Positions 9,056 through 22,385 of a stretch of DNA of 64,000 nucleotides are shown one piece after another; position 1 is the stretch's first letter; every line of letters starts with the position of its first letter. Position numbers and translations under genes: made by a program. The notes beneath the pieces were generated by a model, which was not told where the DNA came from, made no database searches, and saw nothing but the letters and a program-made list of their open reading frames with translations. Source of the DNA: an uncultured Bacteroidales bacterium (lineage in GTDB: Bacteria; Bacteroidota; Bacteroidia; Bacteroidales; Paludibacteraceae); assembly GCA_934667275.1 (NCBI GenBank), contig CAKULK010000005.1, positions 73,167 through 137,166 on the forward strand. Reading direction: 5' to 3'.

Positions 9056-11174
9056 GATGGCTAATCAACCCAACAACCCCCAGCAGCCGCAGAAGCCCAA
9101 ACGGTCACGCCTGTCGTGGCTCTACTATGTGGTGATGCTGACGCTGCTTGTGCTGCTGTTCTACCCGTTTGGCGGGCGCGGCGTGCAGAAAGACCTGAGT
9201 TACACCAAGTTCAGGGCATACATCGAGAACGATGCGGTGGCATCGCTCGTGGTGAGTGACGACAATACCGCCAAGGCGAAGATACGTCCGGAGAGTTACG
9301 CCCTCGTGTTCGGCAACCGCGAGGAGGGCGAGGACGTGCGCGGGGAACTGACAGCCCTTATCCCGTCGGTGGAGGAGTTCAGCAAATTCATGGACCAGGT
9401 GAACGACAACCGTCAGGCGCAAGGTAAGGCGGCGATAGATGTAAGTTACACGAAATCACACGATTACTGGTACCTGATACTAGTGAACGTGTTGCCGCTG
9501 CTGCTGATAGTGATGTTCTTCGTGTGGATGAGTCGCGGTATCGGAGGCGGTGCCGGCGGTGCTGCCAACATCTTCGGTGTGGGCAAAGCCAAGGCGCAGG
9601 TGATTGACAAAGACAAGAAAGACAAAGTGACATTCAAGGACGTTGCCGGTCTCGCGGGCGCGAAACAAGAGGTGGAGGAGGTAGTCTCCTTCCTCAAAGA
9701 TCCGAAGAAATACACCGACCTCGGCGGCAAGATACCCAAGGGCGTGCTGCTGGTAGGCCCTCCCGGGACGGGTAAGACGCTGCTTGCCAAGGCGGTAGCG
9801 GGCGAGGCGAATGTGCCGTTCTTCTCGATGTCGGGCAGCGACTTCGTGGAGATGTTCGTGGGCGTAGGTGCCAGCCGTGTGCGCGATTTGTTCCGCCAAG
9901 CCAAAGAGAAAGCACCTGCCATCATCTTTATCGACGAGATAGACGCCGTGGGGCGTGCCCGCGGGCGCAACTCGTTTGCGAGCGGAGGCAACGACGAGCG
10001 GGAATCGACGCTGAACCAGTTGCTTACGGAGATGGATGGTTTCGGCACGAACTCGGGTGTCATCATACTGGCAGCCACCAACCGTGCCGATGTGCTGGAC
10101 CCCGCACTGCTGCGTGCAGGGCGTTTCGACAGGCAGATACACGTGGAACTGCCTGATTTGCAGGAGCGTAAGGAGATATTCAATGTACACCTGAAACCGC
10201 TGAAGTTGGACGACACGGTGGATGTGAACTTCCTTGCCAAGCAGACTCCTGGCTTCTCGGGTGCGGACATAGCCAACGTGTGCAACGAGGCGGCACTGAT
10301 TGCCGCGCGCAACAGCCACAAGAAAGTGGGCAAACAGGACTTTATGGACGCCGTGGACCGTATCATCGGCGGTCTTGAGCGCAAGAACAAGATAATGACC
10401 GACGAGGAGAAACGCTCGGTGGCATATCACGAGGCGGGGCACGCCACTATCTCGTGGCTGCTGCGATACGGAAACCCGCTGGTGAAGGTGACCATCGTGC
10501 CGCGCGGTGTGGCACTCGGGGCGGCATGGTACCTGCCCGAGGAGCGTCAACTGACCAATCGCGAGCATATCCTCGACGACCTTTGTTCGCTGCTGGGCGG
10601 ACGTGCTGCCGAAGAGGTGTTCCTGCACCAGACTTCGACGGGGGCACTCAACGACCTCGAGCGCGCCACCAAGCAGGCGTATGCGATGGTGGCATACTAC
10701 GGCATGTCCGACAAACTGAAGAATGTCAGTTTCTATGACTCCACGGGGCGTTACGACTACGGCTTCACCAAGCCCTATTCGGAGAAGACCGCGGAACTGA
10801 TTGACGAGGAGACATCGGCTATCATCGCCACACAGATGGAGCGTGCCAAGCAGATACTGCAAGAGCATGCCGAGGGACACAACCGCATCGCCCAACTGCT
10901 GATAGAGCACGAGGTCATCACCTCGGAGGATGTGGCGGCTATCCTCGGTCCGCGCCCGTGGAAGAGCCGCGAGGACGAGATAATCGAAGCCAACGAGGCT
11001 ATGCAGGAGGCGGAAAAGAAAGCCCAAGAGGGAAGTGCCAAACAAGAGCAACCTGCGGAGGAAACAACTGCGACTGAGAATTTAATTCCCTCGAATTCGA
11101 TGGAATTGACAGAAGATGATGCCCATGGGAGTACATCTGATAATCAGGAAGATACAGAGAAAATGACAAAATAA
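9056..11174 (+). CDS. ftsH: ATP-dependent zinc metalloprotease FtsH
   Basis: AAA+ Walker A '[13 protein letters not shown]', Walker B 'IIFIDEID', SRH '[19 protein letters not shown]' and zinc motif 'HEAGHA'. Start chosen at 'MANQPNN'; the ORF-track start at 8985 overlaps rsfS and is unlikely. Confidence 0.9.
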
Positions 11175-11327
11175 TGCATTTTTCTGCCCGGAAAGTGTAG
11201 TTTTTTGCCCTTTTTTGCGTCTAATATATAGAGACCTGTGTTTTGGGGGAGTAAAGAATAAGGAGTAAGGAATAAGGACGCAGATAATAATAGGAACAAG
11301 GGATAGCAATTAACAAATAAATCTTTT

Positions 11328-14135
11328 ATGAAGAAACTCATTCTTAGCACATTAGTGCTGGCGTTGGGCTTGACCGCCGCAGCGCAACAACCGCAGCCGC
11401 TGCCCATTGACTCGGCTGTACGTGTAGGGCACCTCGACAACGGGCTGACCTACTACATCCGCCACAACGAGTACCCCAAACAGCGTGCGGAGTTCCATAT
11501 CGCACAGGCAGTGGGTGCTATCCTCGAGGAGGACAACCAGAACGGTCTGGCGCACTTCCTCGAGCACATGGCTTTCAATGGCACCGAGCACTTCCCTGGC
11601 AAGGGTATCATCGAGTACTTCGAGTCTATCGGTGTGAACTTCGGTGGCAACATCAATGCTTACACTTCGTTGGACGAGACCGTCTATCGCCTCTCCGACG
11701 TGCCTACCTACCGCGAGGGGATTGTCGACTCCGCCCTGCTTGTGATGCACGACTGGGCTTGCGGTCTGTCGCTTCTGCCCGAAGAGATTGACGCAGAGCG
11801 CGGTGTGATACGCGAGGAATGGCGCACGGGTGCGGATGCCAACCGCCGTATGTGGAAGGCTATCAACCCGCTCAAGTTCCCCAACAGCCAGTATGCAAAG
11901 CGCGATGTGATTGGTGACACCGCTGTCATCAACAACTTTGCTTACGATGCACTCCGCTCCTACTACCACAAGTGGTATGGTCCTGACAACCAAGCCATTG
12001 TCGTAGTAGGTGATATTGACGTGGACGCTATCGAGGCGAAGATTAAAGCCCTGTGGGCTGACGTGCCTGCCCGTGAGAACCGCGGTGAGCGTCCTCTCTA
12101 CTCGGTGGACGACAACCAGGAGCCTATCGTGGCTATCGTTACCGACAAAGAGGGGCAATACACCCGCATCGAGTTGGACTACAAGAAAGCCAAACTGCCT
12201 GAGGCACTGCGCGGTACCGATGTGGATTATACGCTCTCGATGGCGCAAAACCTCATCTGCGGTATGCTCAACAACCGCCTGCAGGACTTGGCTGTTGACC
12301 CCAACGCGTCGTTTGTAGGCGCAGGCTCCTACTACACCGAGTTGGTGAAGGAGAAAGATGCTTTTGTGGCTATCTATGTGGCTAAGGATGGTCAGGAGAC
12401 GCAGGCATACAAAGACCTGCTCACCCAGATGGAGAAGATGCGCCGCTATGGCTTCACCCAGTCGGAACTCGACCGTGTGTGGACGGAGACAGAGTCGTCC
12501 TACGAGAAGCAGTACAACGAGCGCAACTCGGTACGCAACATCACCTACACCCGCGAATATATCCGCAACTTCTTGGACGATGAAGTCATCCCGGGCATCG
12601 AATGGGAGTACAAGACCCTGCCTATGCTGCGCCAGATGATTACCCTCGATATGCTCAACCAGATGGCAAAGTCCTTCATCACCGACGAGAACCTGATTAT
12701 TGCCATCACCGCACCCGAGAAAGAGAGCGTGAACCTGCCTACCGAGCAGCAGATACGCGACCTTCTGGCTGAGTCGAAGGAGTGGAAAATCGCTGAGCCT
12801 ATAGAGGAGGCTATCCGCACCACCTTGGTGGAGAAGGCTCCCAAAGCAGGCAAAATCAAGAAGACGGCTTACAACGAGGCACTTGGTACCACCGAGTGGA
12901 CCCTCTCCAACGGTGTGCGCGTTATCCTCAAACCGACCACCTTCAAGCAGGACGAGATACTGATGTCGGCGCGCTCGTTTGGCGGTACCTCCACCGTGGC
13001 GGACGTCAACGACCTGCCATCCGCACAGTTTGCAACGGAAATCATTGAGTTCTGCGGTATCGGCGACTTCAGCCTGACCGAGTTGCAGAAGGCCCTCACG
13101 GGCAAGTACGTGAGCGTCAGCCCGTCTATCTCGAGCACCACCGATGCCATGAGCGGCAGTTCCAACATCAAGGACCTCGAGACCATGCTCCAACTCAACT
13201 ACCTCTACTTCACGGCTCCCCGCCGCGACGAGAAGGCATTCGAGGCACTCAAGGGCATTATGGCTACCCAACTCAAGAACAAAGAGGCGAACCCCAAATA
13301 CGCATGGAGTGATTCTATCCAGATGATGGCTACCAACAACTCGCCGCGTACTATCATTCAGGACGAGAAGATGCTCGCGGCTGTGGACATGGACAAGGCT
13401 ATCGCGTTCTACAAACAACGCTTTGCCAACCCTGCCGACTTCACGTTCTTCTTCACGGGTAACATTGACCCTGCCGACCCTGCCTTCCAGAAGATGGTAT
13501 GCACATGGATTGGCGGCATGAAGACCACGAAGAAGCATGAGTCGTTTGTGGACAACAATGTACGTGTCACCCCGGGTATCCAGAAGAACTACTTCACCCG
13601 CGAGATGCACACCCATACGGCTTCCAACTTTATCCAATACACCTCTTATGATATTCCTTATACCATAGAGAATATGCTCAATATGCGCATGATTGGACGT
13701 ATCCTCAGCACCCGCTACCTGGAGTCTATCCGTGAGCGCGAGGGTGGCTCGTATGGTGTAGGTGTGGCAGGCCGCTTGTACCGCAATCCTGTGGCAGAGG
13801 CTGAGTTGCTCATGCAGTTCGACACCGACCCCGAGAAGCAGGAGAAACTGATGGGTATCATCCACGAAGAGATGCAGACCATCATCGACAATGGTCCGTT
13901 GGCTACCGACCTCGGCAAGGAGAAGGAGTCCATGCTCAAGGACTACGACGAGAACCTCGAGAAGAACGGCTATTGGCTCAACACCATTCTGTATAGTTAC
14001 TACACCTATGGTGAGAACTACCTGACCGGGTACCCCGAGGCAGTACGCGCCCTGTCGGCAGAGTCCGTACAGGCAATGTTGCGCAAACTCGTCAGCGCAG
14101 GCAACATGTTCGAGGTAGTGATGCTACCCGAATAA
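11328..14135 (+). CDS. M16-family zinc peptidase (insulinase/pitrilysin-like), secreted
   Basis: Signal peptide followed by the inverted zinc motif 'HFLEHMAFNGTEHFPGK' (HxxEH). The 935-aa length fits two M16 active/inactive domain pairs. Confidence 0.8.
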   Translation: MKKLILSTLVLALGLTAAAQQPQPLPIDSAVRVGHLDNGLTYYIRHNEYPKQRAEFHIAQAVGAILEEDNQNGLAHFLEHMAFNGTEHFPGKGIIEYFESIGVNFGGNINAYTSLDETVYRLSDVPTYREGIVDSALLVMHDWACGLSLLPEEIDAERGVIREEWRTGADANRRMWKAINPLKFPNSQYAKRDVIGDTAVINNFAYDALRSYYHKWYGPDNQAIVVVGDIDVDAIEAKIKALWADVPARENRGERPLYSVDDNQEPIVAIVTDKEGQYTRIELDYKKAKLPEALRGTDVDYTLSMAQNLICGMLNNRLQDLAVDPNASFVGAGSYYTELVKEKDAFVAIYVAKDGQETQAYKDLLTQMEKMRRYGFTQSELDRVWTETESSYEKQYNERNSVRNITYTREYIRNFLDDEVIPGIEWEYKTLPMLRQMITLDMLNQMAKSFITDENLIIAITAPEKESVNLPTEQQIRDLLAESKEWKIAEPIEEAIRTTLVEKAPKAGKIKKTAYNEALGTTEWTLSNGVRVILKPTTFKQDEILMSARSFGGTSTVADVNDLPSAQFATEIIEFCGIGDFSLTELQKALTGKYVSVSPSISSTTDAMSGSSNIKDLETMLQLNYLYFTAPRRDEKAFEALKGIMATQLKNKEANPKYAWSDSIQMMATNNSPRTIIQDEKMLAAVDMDKAIAFYKQRFANPADFTFFFTGNIDPADPAFQKMVCTWIGGMKTTKKHESFVDNNVRVTPGIQKNYFTREMHTHTASNFIQYTSYDIPYTIENMLNMRMIGRILSTRYLESIREREGGSYGVGVAGRLYRNPVAEAELLMQFDTDPEKQEKLMGIIHEEMQTIIDNGPLATDLGKEKESMLKDYDENLEKNGYWLNTILYSYYTYGENYLTGYPEAVRALSAESVQAMLRKLVSAGNMFEVVMLPE

Positions 14136-14162
14136 AGAAATCGCAAAACAACAACTAACAAG

Positions 14163-14192
14163 GTGTCTGACTCATATCAGACATCTTGTTTT
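14163..14192 (+). terminator. Rho-independent terminator downstream of the M16 peptidase
   Basis: Stem 'GTGTCTGA ctcata TCAGACAT' followed by 'cttgtttttgtc'. Confidence 0.55.
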
Positions 14193-14302
14193 TGTCTAAA
14201 AGGAAACTGAAGTGCCATTGGCCCTTGCATAGTTGAGAAAAAAGCAGTAACTTTGTAGGCTTTTGCTACTCACTCTGGAGTGAGCAGCAATTAAACCTCT
14301 CA

Positions 14303-16813
14303 ATGACAAGACAACAACACATACGAATACTCATCTTCCTGCTATTAGTAGGAACATCACACGCATTGGGAACAGAAAAAGGACATAATGTACGTATATT
14401 CGGATATGTGTTGGATTCTGACAATCAAGGCATTGAATTAGCCAATGTATATGTTGAAGGTGCTATAGTTGGGGCAAATACAGAGTCAGGAATGAAAACA
14501 GGCACCACCACCAACCTCAACGGCTACTATGACATAAGTATTCCTATGAGTGATACCGTCACTATAGTCTATTCCATGGTGGGATACGAGACCATCCGCC
14601 AGCAGGTGTACACCACGCGCGATGTGATAGGTATCAATGTGGTGCTGCCAACCAACGAAGAACTGCTTGCCGAAGTTACCGTGCGCGGTATCCAAAGGCA
14701 GACAGGCACCATGGATAAGGGCAATGTAAGCACTGCACGCCTTATGCCTGACGCTACGGGTGGCGGAATAGAGAATATGCTGGTCACATTCGCAGGCGTG
14801 AGACAGAACAACGAAATGAGTAGCCAGTACAATGTGCGCGGTGGCAGTTTTGATGAGAACTCGGTGTATGTCAACGGGTTGGAGGTACACCGCCCTTTGC
14901 TTATACGAAGCGGACAACAAGAGGGGCTCAGTTTCGTCAATCCTGATATGGTAGAGAGCGTGGAGTTCTCCGCAGGCGGATTTGATGCACAATACGGGGA
15001 CAAGATGTCGTCTGTCCTTGACATACGCTACAAACGTCCTACCCGTCTGGAGTCACACCTAAGCCTCAGCATATTGGGTGCCAACGGCTATGTGGGTTGG
15101 GGCGACTCCGTGCAGAGCCAGATGCACAGCATCCGCTACAAGACTTCGCGCTACATGCTGGGTGCCCTTGACACCAAAGGCAACTACAATCCCAACTTCA
15201 TCGACTACCAGACGCAAATGACTTGGCGGCTGACTCCTGACAACCGTTGGAGTATGCGCTTGTTGGGTAACTTCAGTCAGAACAGTTACGAGTTCATTCC
15301 TGACAGTTCAAGCAGCAGTTTCGGCACACAACAGCAGGCAATGAACCGCACCATCTGGTACGAAGGGCAGGAGAAGGACATGTTCCGTACAGCCTTTGCT
15401 GCCCTCAGTGCCGAGGGCAAAATCAACAAAGAGGTGCAGATAGGCTTCGACCTCAGCGGCTTCTACACGCATGAGCAGGAGACATACGACATCAGTAGTG
15501 AGTATGTGCTCAGCGAACAGTCACCCGACGGGCAAAAGGGAACCACCCAACGCGGCGAGGGTGTGGATGGCAATGTGAACTCAGGCAGTGTCCTTGGCAC
15601 AGGCAGGTTCCACGAACACGCACGCAATACACTACAGGCAGGTATGGTCACCTTAGCCCACACAGGAACATGGAAACGCGGAGCCAATGCCCTGCACTGG
15701 GGTGTCAGCGGGCAAATGGAACTCATCAGTGACCGTATCAGCGAGTGGGAATGGCGTGACTCCATGGGCTACAGCCTCCCCAACGAAGATGCCGAGATGG
15801 CTCTTTTCTATGCCCTCAAAGGCACCACACGTATGCTCAGCGGACGGCTCCAAGCCTACGCACAGGACACCTACCGCTGGTCCACCGACCACGGCAAGGT
15901 GCTGCTCACAGCGGGTATGCGTCTTAACTGGTGGAGCAAGACCAACGAGATACTTCCCAGTCCGCGTGTCAGTGTGACATGGATGCCCGGTTGGAAGCAG
16001 GACTTCACCTTCCGCGTAGCCACAGGACTCTACTACCAAGCCCCTTTCTACAAGGAACTGCGCCAAACGGTGACCGATGACAACGGTGTGGCATACGTAC
16101 ATATCAACGACAAGTTGAGAGCCCAACGCTCATGGCAACTCGTCATGGGGGCGGACTACTATTTCCGCGCATGGGGCAGACCGTTCAAGTTCACTGCCGA
16201 AGCCTATAGCAAACTCATTGACCGTATGGAGAGTTACACCGTGGACAATGTACGTGTGCGCTATTCGGGCGTCAACGACAGCCGCGGATACACCATCGGG
16301 CTTGATATGAAACTGTATGGCGAACTTGTGCCCGGGGCGGACACATGGATTAGTTTCTCCACCATGCGCAGCCGTATGCACCTGCTCGATGATGTGAACA
16401 ACCTCGGCTGGTTTCCCACCCCGCAGGAGCAGCGGTACAGCCTGACCATGTACTTTCAGGACTATATCCCCCGCCTGCCGCAGTACAAGGTGCACCTCAA
16501 GTTCATCTACAGCGAGGGCTTGCCTTTCGGCTACCCGCGCAACGAGAAGATGCGCTATCTCGGACATATAAAGGATTATATGCGTCTGGATATAGGTGCC
16601 AGCCGCACCTTCTCCGCAAGCACCGACAAATGGATGCGGAAGTCCCGCCATGTGGACAGTTGGAGCGTGCAGTTTGAGGTCTTCAACCTCATCGGATGGA
16701 AGAACGTGAACAGTTATTACTGGGTCACAGCCGCCAACGGACAGCAGTGGGCAAGTCCCAACTACCTCACGGGGCGTATGTTCAACCTGAAGATAGACGT
16801 AAGTATCAAATAA
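14303..16813 (+). CDS. TonB-dependent outer-membrane receptor with N-terminal carboxypeptidase-regulatory-like domain
   Basis: Signal peptide. CarbopepD_reg-like '[24 protein letters not shown]' and plug-like 'VTVRGIQRQ...[18 protein letters not shown]'. 836-aa beta-barrel-rich sequence ending 'NLKIDVSIK'. Confidence 0.75.
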   Translation: MTRQQHIRILIFLLLVGTSHALGTEKGHNVRIFGYVLDSDNQGIELANVYVEGAIVGANTESGMKTGTTTNLNGYYDISIPMSDTVTIVYSMVGYETIRQQVYTTRDVIGINVVLPTNEELLAEVTVRGIQRQTGTMDKGNVSTARLMPDATGGGIENMLVTFAGVRQNNEMSSQYNVRGGSFDENSVYVNGLEVHRPLLIRSGQQEGLSFVNPDMVESVEFSAGGFDAQYGDKMSSVLDIRYKRPTRLESHLSLSILGANGYVGWGDSVQSQMHSIRYKTSRYMLGALDTKGNYNPNFIDYQTQMTWRLTPDNRWSMRLLGNFSQNSYEFIPDSSSSSFGTQQQAMNRTIWYEGQEKDMFRTAFAALSAEGKINKEVQIGFDLSGFYTHEQETYDISSEYVLSEQSPDGQKGTTQRGEGVDGNVNSGSVLGTGRFHEHARNTLQAGMVTLAHTGTWKRGANALHWGVSGQMELISDRISEWEWRDSMGYSLPNEDAEMALFYALKGTTRMLSGRLQAYAQDTYRWSTDHGKVLLTAGMRLNWWSKTNEILPSPRVSVTWMPGWKQDFTFRVATGLYYQAPFYKELRQTVTDDNGVAYVHINDKLRAQRSWQLVMGADYYFRAWGRPFKFTAEAYSKLIDRMESYTVDNVRVRYSGVNDSRGYTIGLDMKLYGELVPGADTWISFSTMRSRMHLLDDVNNLGWFPTPQEQRYSLTMYFQDYIPRLPQYKVHLKFIYSEGLPFGYPRNEKMRYLGHIKDYMRLDIGASRTFSASTDKWMRKSRHVDSWSVQFEVFNLIGWKNVNSYYWVTAANGQQWASPNYLTGRMFNLKIDVSIK

Positions 16814-16829
16814 CCAAACAATTGTATAT

Positions 16830-19466
16830 ATGGGAAAGGTAGATATTAACGACACCCCTATGATGAAGCAGTTCCGCGACATCAAGGCACAGTATCCGGA
16901 CGCGATGCTGCTGTTCCGGTGCGGGGACTTCTATGAGACCTATGCGGAAGATGCCGTGCGTGCCAGCAAGATGCTGAACATCACCCTCACCCACCGCAGC
17001 AACGGCGGTTCGGGAAAGGGCTCGAGTGTGGAGATGGCAGGTTTCCCATTCCACGCGCTGGATACCTATCTCCCCAAGTTGGTGCGTACCGGTGTGCGCG
17101 TAGCGATATGCGACCAGTTGGAGGACCCCAAGCTGACGAAGAAGTTGGTGAAGCGCGGGGTGACGGAATTAGTTACGCCCGGGGTCAGTTACTCCGACAC
17201 CACCCTGCAGCAGAAGGAGAATACGTGGCTGGCATGTATCCAGTTTGGCAAGCAGACAGTTGGCATAGCGTTCTTGGATATATCCACGGGGGAGTTCCTT
17301 GTGGCAGAGGGAACCAAGGACTACGCCGACAAACTATTGGTGAACTTCGCGCCCAAGGAGGTGCTATACCTTCGGGGAAAGAAGCAGGAATTTCAGGATG
17401 CCTTCGGTAGCAAGTACTTCACCTTTGAGTTGGAGGACTGGATGATGACCGCAGACGCGGCACATGACAGGCTGACCAAGCAGTTTCAGGTGCAGAATCT
17501 GAAAGGCTTCGGTGTGGACAAACTGCCGCAAGGAGTGATTGCCGCTGGGGCAATTCTCCACTATCTAGACATGACCCAGCACCTGCAGACAGGGCATATC
17601 CAGCACCTGAGTCGCATAGAGGAAGACAAATACGTTTGGATGGACAGGTTCACCATCCGCAACCTCGAATTACTGGGGGGGCAGACAGAAGAGAGCCGCA
17701 CTCTGTATGATGTACTGGACCGCACCATCACCCCTATGGGGGGGCGTCTGCTGCACCGCTGGATGGCATTTCCGCTGAAGGAGGTGCGTCCGATACGCAA
17801 CAGGCAGACGGTGGTGGAGTACCTGTTCCGCCATCCTGATGAGCGCGGAATCCTGCGCGACAACCTGCAGCGTATTCAGGATATGGAGCGCATAGTCAGC
17901 AAGATAGCCACGGGACGCATCAGCCCACGGGAGATGGTGCAATTGCGCTACGCATTGGACGCCATGGCTCCTATCAAGGGTGTGTGTGTGCGTGCGGAAG
18001 CGGGAAGTTACCTGCACCTGCTGGGCGAACAACTGAGCCTGTGCGAGGAGATGCGTGACCGCATAGCCCGTGAGATAGTGCCCGACCCGCCTGCCGTTCA
18101 GGGAAAGCCCAATGTGATTGCGCGAGGCATAGACAGCGAGTTGGACGACCTGCGCGACATACAAACCCATGGCAAGGACTACCTGCTGCATATCCAACAG
18201 CGAGAGGTGGAGGCGACCGGCATACAGAGTCTGAAAATCGGTTACAACAACGTGTTCGGGTACTACTTGGAGGTGCGCAACACGTACAAAGACCAAGTGC
18301 CGGCAGAGTGGATCAGGAAGCAGACCCTCGTGAATGCCGAGCGGTATATCACGCAGGAACTCAAGGAATATGAGGAGAAGATACTGACCGCCGAGACGCA
18401 AATACAGATTATCGAGAGCCGGTTGTACACGGAACTGATGCTGGCGTTGTCGGAATTCGTGCCGCAGATGCAGGCAGACGCTGCCGTAGTGGCGCAGTTG
18501 GACTGCCTAATGAGTTTTGCAACAGTGGCTATGGAGAATAAGTACGTGTGTCCTGACGTGAATGACAGTCTCGTGATTGACATCCGACAAGGGCGGCATC
18601 CCGTGATAGAGAAGCAACTGCCGATAGGTGAGGAGTACGTGCCCAATGACGTGCTATTGGACAACAACGGGCAGCAAATCATCATATTGACAGGTCCGAA
18701 TATGGCGGGAAAGTCGGCATTGCTGCGGCAGACCGCCCTCATCGTGCTGATGGCGCAAATGGGTTGTTTCGTGCCCGCCGAGAGTGCGTCGGTGGGTGTG
18801 GTGGACAAGATTTTCACCCGTGTGGGGGCAAGTGACAATATCTCGATGGGTGAGAGTACGTTTATGGTGGAGATGAATGAGGCAGCCAGTATTCTGAACA
18901 ACCTCAGCGAGCGCAGTTTGGTGCTGTTTGACGAGTTGGGGCGCGGCACGAGCACATACGACGGCATCAGTATCGCATGGGCGATTGTGGAGTATATCCA
19001 CGAGCACCGCGGGCATGCCAAAACGCTTTTCGCCACACACTATCACGAACTGAATGAGATGGAGAAGCAGTTCGCCCGCATACGGAACTACAATGTGTCG
19101 GTCAAGGAAGCGAACGGGAAGGTGATATTCATGCGTAAGTTGGTGAGAGGGGGTTCTGAACACAGTTTCGGTATTCACGTAGCCAAATTAGCGGGTATGC
19201 CTGCGAGCATCATCGACCGCGCCAACCAGATACTGCACGACTTGGAGGCACCCCAGCACTCGCCCGTCAGCACAGCCATACCGCCTGCAGAACGCGGGCT
19301 GAACACCGTGGGTGCGGGAGGTATGCAGTTGAGTTTCTTTCAGTTGGACGACCCTGTACTGGAGCAGGTGCGTGACGAGGTTACTCACCTGGATATCAAT
19401 AACCTGACACCATTGGAGGCACTGAACAAACTGAGTGAGATAAAAAAGTTGGTGGGAGGAAAATAG
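16830..19466 (+). CDS. mutS: DNA mismatch repair protein MutS
   Basis: Mismatch-binding N-terminus '[28 protein letters not shown]', Walker A '[13 protein letters not shown]' and 'STFMVEMNE'. Confidence 0.95.
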   Translation: MGKVDINDTPMMKQFRDIKAQYPDAMLLFRCGDFYETYAEDAVRASKMLNITLTHRSNGGSGKGSSVEMAGFPFHALDTYLPKLVRTGVRVAICDQLEDPKLTKKLVKRGVTELVTPGVSYSDTTLQQKENTWLACIQFGKQTVGIAFLDISTGEFLVAEGTKDYADKLLVNFAPKEVLYLRGKKQEFQDAFGSKYFTFELEDWMMTADAAHDRLTKQFQVQNLKGFGVDKLPQGVIAAGAILHYLDMTQHLQTGHIQHLSRIEEDKYVWMDRFTIRNLELLGGQTEESRTLYDVLDRTITPMGGRLLHRWMAFPLKEVRPIRNRQTVVEYLFRHPDERGILRDNLQRIQDMERIVSKIATGRISPREMVQLRYALDAMAPIKGVCVRAEAGSYLHLLGEQLSLCEEMRDRIAREIVPDPPAVQGKPNVIARGIDSELDDLRDIQTHGKDYLLHIQQREVEATGIQSLKIGYNNVFGYYLEVRNTYKDQVPAEWIRKQTLVNAERYITQELKEYEEKILTAETQIQIIESRLYTELMLALSEFVPQMQADAAVVAQLDCLMSFATVAMENKYVCPDVNDSLVIDIRQGRHPVIEKQLPIGEEYVPNDVLLDNNGQQIIILTGPNMAGKSALLRQTALIVLMAQMGCFVPAESASVGVVDKIFTRVGASDNISMGESTFMVEMNEAASILNNLSERSLVLFDELGRGTSTYDGISIAWAIVEYIHEHRGHAKTLFATHYHELNEMEKQFARIRNYNVSVKEANGKVIFMRKLVRGGSEHSFGIHVAKLAGMPASIIDRANQILHDLEAPQHSPVSTAIPPAERGLNTVGAGGMQLSFFQLDDPVLEQVRDEVTHLDINNLTPLEALNKLSEIKKLVGGK

Positions 19467-19568
19467 AACAAATAATATTTCAAGAGCAGGAGATATTTCC
19501 AAAAGTAGAGAGTATTGTCCTTTTTTCCATACTTTTCTTTATATTTTGTGTAAACCAGTGAAAAGCAG

Positions 19569-19576
19569 TACCTTTG
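19569..19576 (+). promoter_or_regulatory. Bacteroidota sigmaA-type -7 box (TAccTTTG) upstream of small lipoprotein gene
   Basis: Matches the TAnnTTTG consensus of Bacteroidetes housekeeping promoters and lies 88 nt upstream of the ATG. Confidence 0.4.
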
Positions 19577-19663
19577 TGCATCATTGTGGCGGACTTAATA
19601 AGCCACTTTGTTGAAAGGAAATAAAATAATTATAATAATTAACTTTCTAAAACTACAAAAACA

Positions 19664-19936
19664 ATGAAAAAATTTGCTATTGCATGCGCCATTGTATTGG
19701 CAGCGGGCATGATGACCTCCTGCGGTGACACTAACTACTGCTGGGAAATCACCCAAACTGTTAAAGTATTAGGTGTTGAGACTTCTGCAACTACCTATTG
19801 GTGGGGCACAAAGAACGATTTGAAATCTCAAGAGGAAAGCATCAAACAAACCCTTAAAGAAACCGGCATATCAGAAGATGCCTACACGCTCACCAGCAAA
19901 AAGGCTAACAAAAGCCAAGACGATTGCCACAAATAA
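19664..19936 (+). CDS. Small hypothetical lipoprotein
   Basis: 90 aa. 'MKKFAIACAIVLAAGMMTSCGD' lipobox. Flanked by a promoter-like box and a strong terminator. Confidence 0.5.
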   Translation: MKKFAIACAIVLAAGMMTSCGDTNYCWEITQTVKVLGVETSATTYWWGTKNDLKSQEESIKQTLKETGISEDAYTLTSKKANKSQDDCHK

Positions 19937-20033
19937 ATCAAAAGTAACAATAATCAATAAAAAGCACACCCAGAAATTGAGTTGTGCTTTTTTATTGGTC
20001 GTATTATACTCCAAACACAAAAGAATAGACAAA

Positions 20034-20068
20034 CAAAAACAGGCTGCCTTTAAGGCAGCCTGTTTTTG
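20034..20068. terminator. Bidirectional intrinsic terminator (15-bp stem) between lipoprotein gene and pnp
   Basis: 'CAAAAACAGGCTGCC tttaa GGCAGCCTGTTTTTG' is a perfect inverted repeat with U/A tracts on both sides. Confidence 0.75.
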
Positions 20069-20090
20069 TTTGTCTAAATAATTCCTATAA

Positions 20091-22385
20091 TCAACGGCGA
20101 CGGTCAAGACGAGCACCGTCTGCTTCGGGGTCGCGGAAGTTGTTGCGGTGCTCAGGACGGGGACCACGACGCTCGGGGCGCGCTCCACGGTCGCCACGGG
20201 GCGCACGTGCGGGACGCTCGGGCTCTACGTAGTCAGCGGGTTTTTCCTTGAGCGCCTTGGCGCTCAAACGGAACTTGCCCGTCTTCTCATCCACCTCAAG
20301 CAACTTGATCATAATCTTGTCGCCCTCGTGGATACCCGTTTCCTCCATGGTGTCATAGCGTTTCCAGTCGATCTCCGAGATATGGAGCAGACCTTCCTTG
20401 CCCGGCATAAACTCCACGAAACAACCGTAAGGCATAAGCGACTTGACGGTAGCCTCATAGACCTCGCCAACCTCGGGCAGTGCCACGATAGCCTTAATCT
20501 TGGCAACGGCAGCGTCCATAGCCTCTTTGTTGTTGGAAGCCACTTCTACCTTGCCGCCTTCCTCTACCTCATCAATACTGATGACAGCACCGGTCTCGGC
20601 TTGGATACCTTGGATAATCTTACCGCCGGGGCCAATGACAGCACCAATCATGTCTTTCGGAATAATGAACGATACAATACGCGGAGCCTGTGGTTTGAGG
20701 TCTTTGCGCGGTTCGGGCATAGTCTCCAAAATCTTGTCGAGGATATACATACGTGCCTGGTGAGCCTGTGCGAGAGCGTTCTCCAACACCTCATAACTCA
20801 GACCATCCACCTTGATATCCATCTGGCAAGCGGTCAGACCGTCACGCGTACCGGTGGTCTTGAAGTCCATATCGCCGAGATGATCCTCATCGCCGAGGAT
20901 GTCGCTCAGAATCTTATAGTTGAGTTTGTCGCCCACCAACTCGGAAATCATACCCATAGCGATACCGCTGACAGGTTTCTTGATTTGTACACCGGCATCC
21001 ATCAGCGCGAGCGTACCTGCGCAAACGGTAGCCATAGAAGACGAGCCATTGGACTCCAAAATATCCGAAACTACGCGTACGCAGTATGGGAAATCGGCAG
21101 GAATCATGTTCTTGAGCGCACGGCAAGCGAGGTTTCCATGACCAATCTCGCGGCGACCTACACCACGTTGTGCTTTTGCCTCACCGGTTGCGAAAGGCGG
21201 GAAATTGTAGTGGAGCAAGAAACGATCGGTACCTTGAACCAAAGCCTCGTCCACAATCTTCTCATCGCGGCTGGTACCGAGCGTAACGGTAGCCAAAGCC
21301 TGGGTCTCACCACGGGTGAAGATAGACGAACCGTGAGGACCGGGCAGCGGACTTACTTCACACCAGATAGGGCGGATATCGGTTGTCTGACGACCGTCGA
21401 GACGCTTGCCCTCATCGAGAACAGCGCGGCGCATAGCCTCTTTCTCCACATCGTGGTAGTAGCGGTCCACCATAGCGGCAATCTCCTCAATATCAATGCC
21501 TAATGCTTCTGCACGCTGAGCCATATAGTCTGCCTTGTCGGTCTTGAAATCATCGCAGATCTGCGAGAACATTGCCTCGCGGTGATGTTTGTCGGTATCG
21601 GCAGAGGTGGCTTGTGCATACGCGCGTGCGTAACTATAGTCGTGTACAGCCTGTTTCAGTTCATCATCGTTTACCTCGTGGCAGTACTCGCGCTTGGTCT
21701 CTTTGCCATACGCTTTCATCATCTCGTTGAGAGCCAAACACTGCGGTTTGATAGCCTCGTGCGCAGCCTTGATAGCCTCGAGCATAACCGCCTCCGGCAC
21801 TTCTTTCATCTCACCCTCTACCATCATGATGTTGTCGTAGGTGGCAGCCACCATCAATTCGAGGTCAGCCTGCTCACACTGCTCAAAAGTCGGGTTGATA
21901 ACCATCTCACCGTTTACGCGTGCCACGCGCACCTCCGAAACAGGACCCTCAAACGGTATGTCCGAGCAAGCCAGAGCAGCACCGGCAGCCAGACCGGCAA
22001 TCGACTCCGGCATATCTACGCCGTCAGCCGAATACATCGTTACATTAACAAATGTCTCTGCGTGATAGTTGGCAGGGAACAATGGGCGCAAGGCACGGTC
22101 AATCAGGCGGGCAATCAGGATTTCGTAGTCCGACGCCTTGCCTTCACGACGGGTGAAACCACCCGGGAAACGACCTGCACTGGCAAATTTCTCTTTGTAC
22201 TCCACGGTCAGCGGCATAAAATCCGTACCGGGAACAGCGTCTTTCGCGCTGCATACTGTGGCAAGCACCATCGTGTTGCCGAGGGTAACCATCACCGCAC
22301 CGTCCGCCTGCTTGGCGAGTTTGCCGGTCTCGAGCGTGATTACACGACCATCCGGGAGAGTAATCTCCTTTCTTACAATATTCAT
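20091..22385 (-). CDS. pnp: Polyribonucleotide nucleotidyltransferase (PNPase) with Arg-rich C-terminal tail
   Basis: '[33 protein letters not shown]' PNPase N-terminus, two RNase PH domains, KH and S1 ('[22 protein letters not shown]'). Roughly 55-aa RG/RP-rich tail. Confidence 0.95.
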   Translation of the reverse strand: MNIVRKEITLPDGRVITLETGKLAKQADGAVMVTLGNTMVLATVCSAKDAVPGTDFMPLTVEYKEKFASAGRFPGGFTRREGKASDYEILIARLIDRALRPLFPANYHAETFVNVTMYSADGVDMPESIAGLAAGAALACSDIPFEGPVSEVRVARVNGEMVINPTFEQCEQADLELMVAATYDNIMMVEGEMKEVPEAVMLEAIKAAHEAIKPQCLALNEMMKAYGKETKREYCHEVNDDELKQAVHDYSYARAYAQATSADTDKHHREAMFSQICDDFKTDKADYMAQRAEALGIDIEEIAAMVDRYYHDVEKEAMRRAVLDEGKRLDGRQTTDIRPIWCEVSPLPGPHGSSIFTRGETQALATVTLGTSRDEKIVDEALVQGTDRFLLHYNFPPFATGEAKAQRGVGRREIGHGNLACRALKNMIPADFPYCVRVVSDILESNGSSSMATVCAGTLALMDAGVQIKKPVSGIAMGMISELVGDKLNYKILSDILGDEDHLGDMDFKTTGTRDGLTACQMDIKVDGLSYEVLENALAQAHQARMYILDKILETMPEPRKDLKPQAPRIVSFIIPKDMIGAVIGPGGKIIQGIQAETGAVISIDEVEEGGKVEVASNNKEAMDAAVAKIKAIVALPEVGEVYEATVKSLMPYGCFVEFMPGKEGLLHISEIDWKRYDTMEETGIHEGDKIMIKLLEVDEKTGKFRLSAKALKEKPADYVEPERPARAPRGDRGARPERRGPRPEHRNNFRDPEADGARLDRRR

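Noticed and set aside
9480-11051. 523-aa and 308-aa antisense ORFs within ftsH
   Set aside because: GC-rich antisense reading frames; ftsH motifs on the plus strand are unambiguous.
11352-13865. 837-aa ORF antisense to the M16 peptidase
   Set aside because: Long open frame caused by high GC. It has no start context and low-complexity His/Val/Leu/Gly composition, while the sense strand carries the HxxEH motif.
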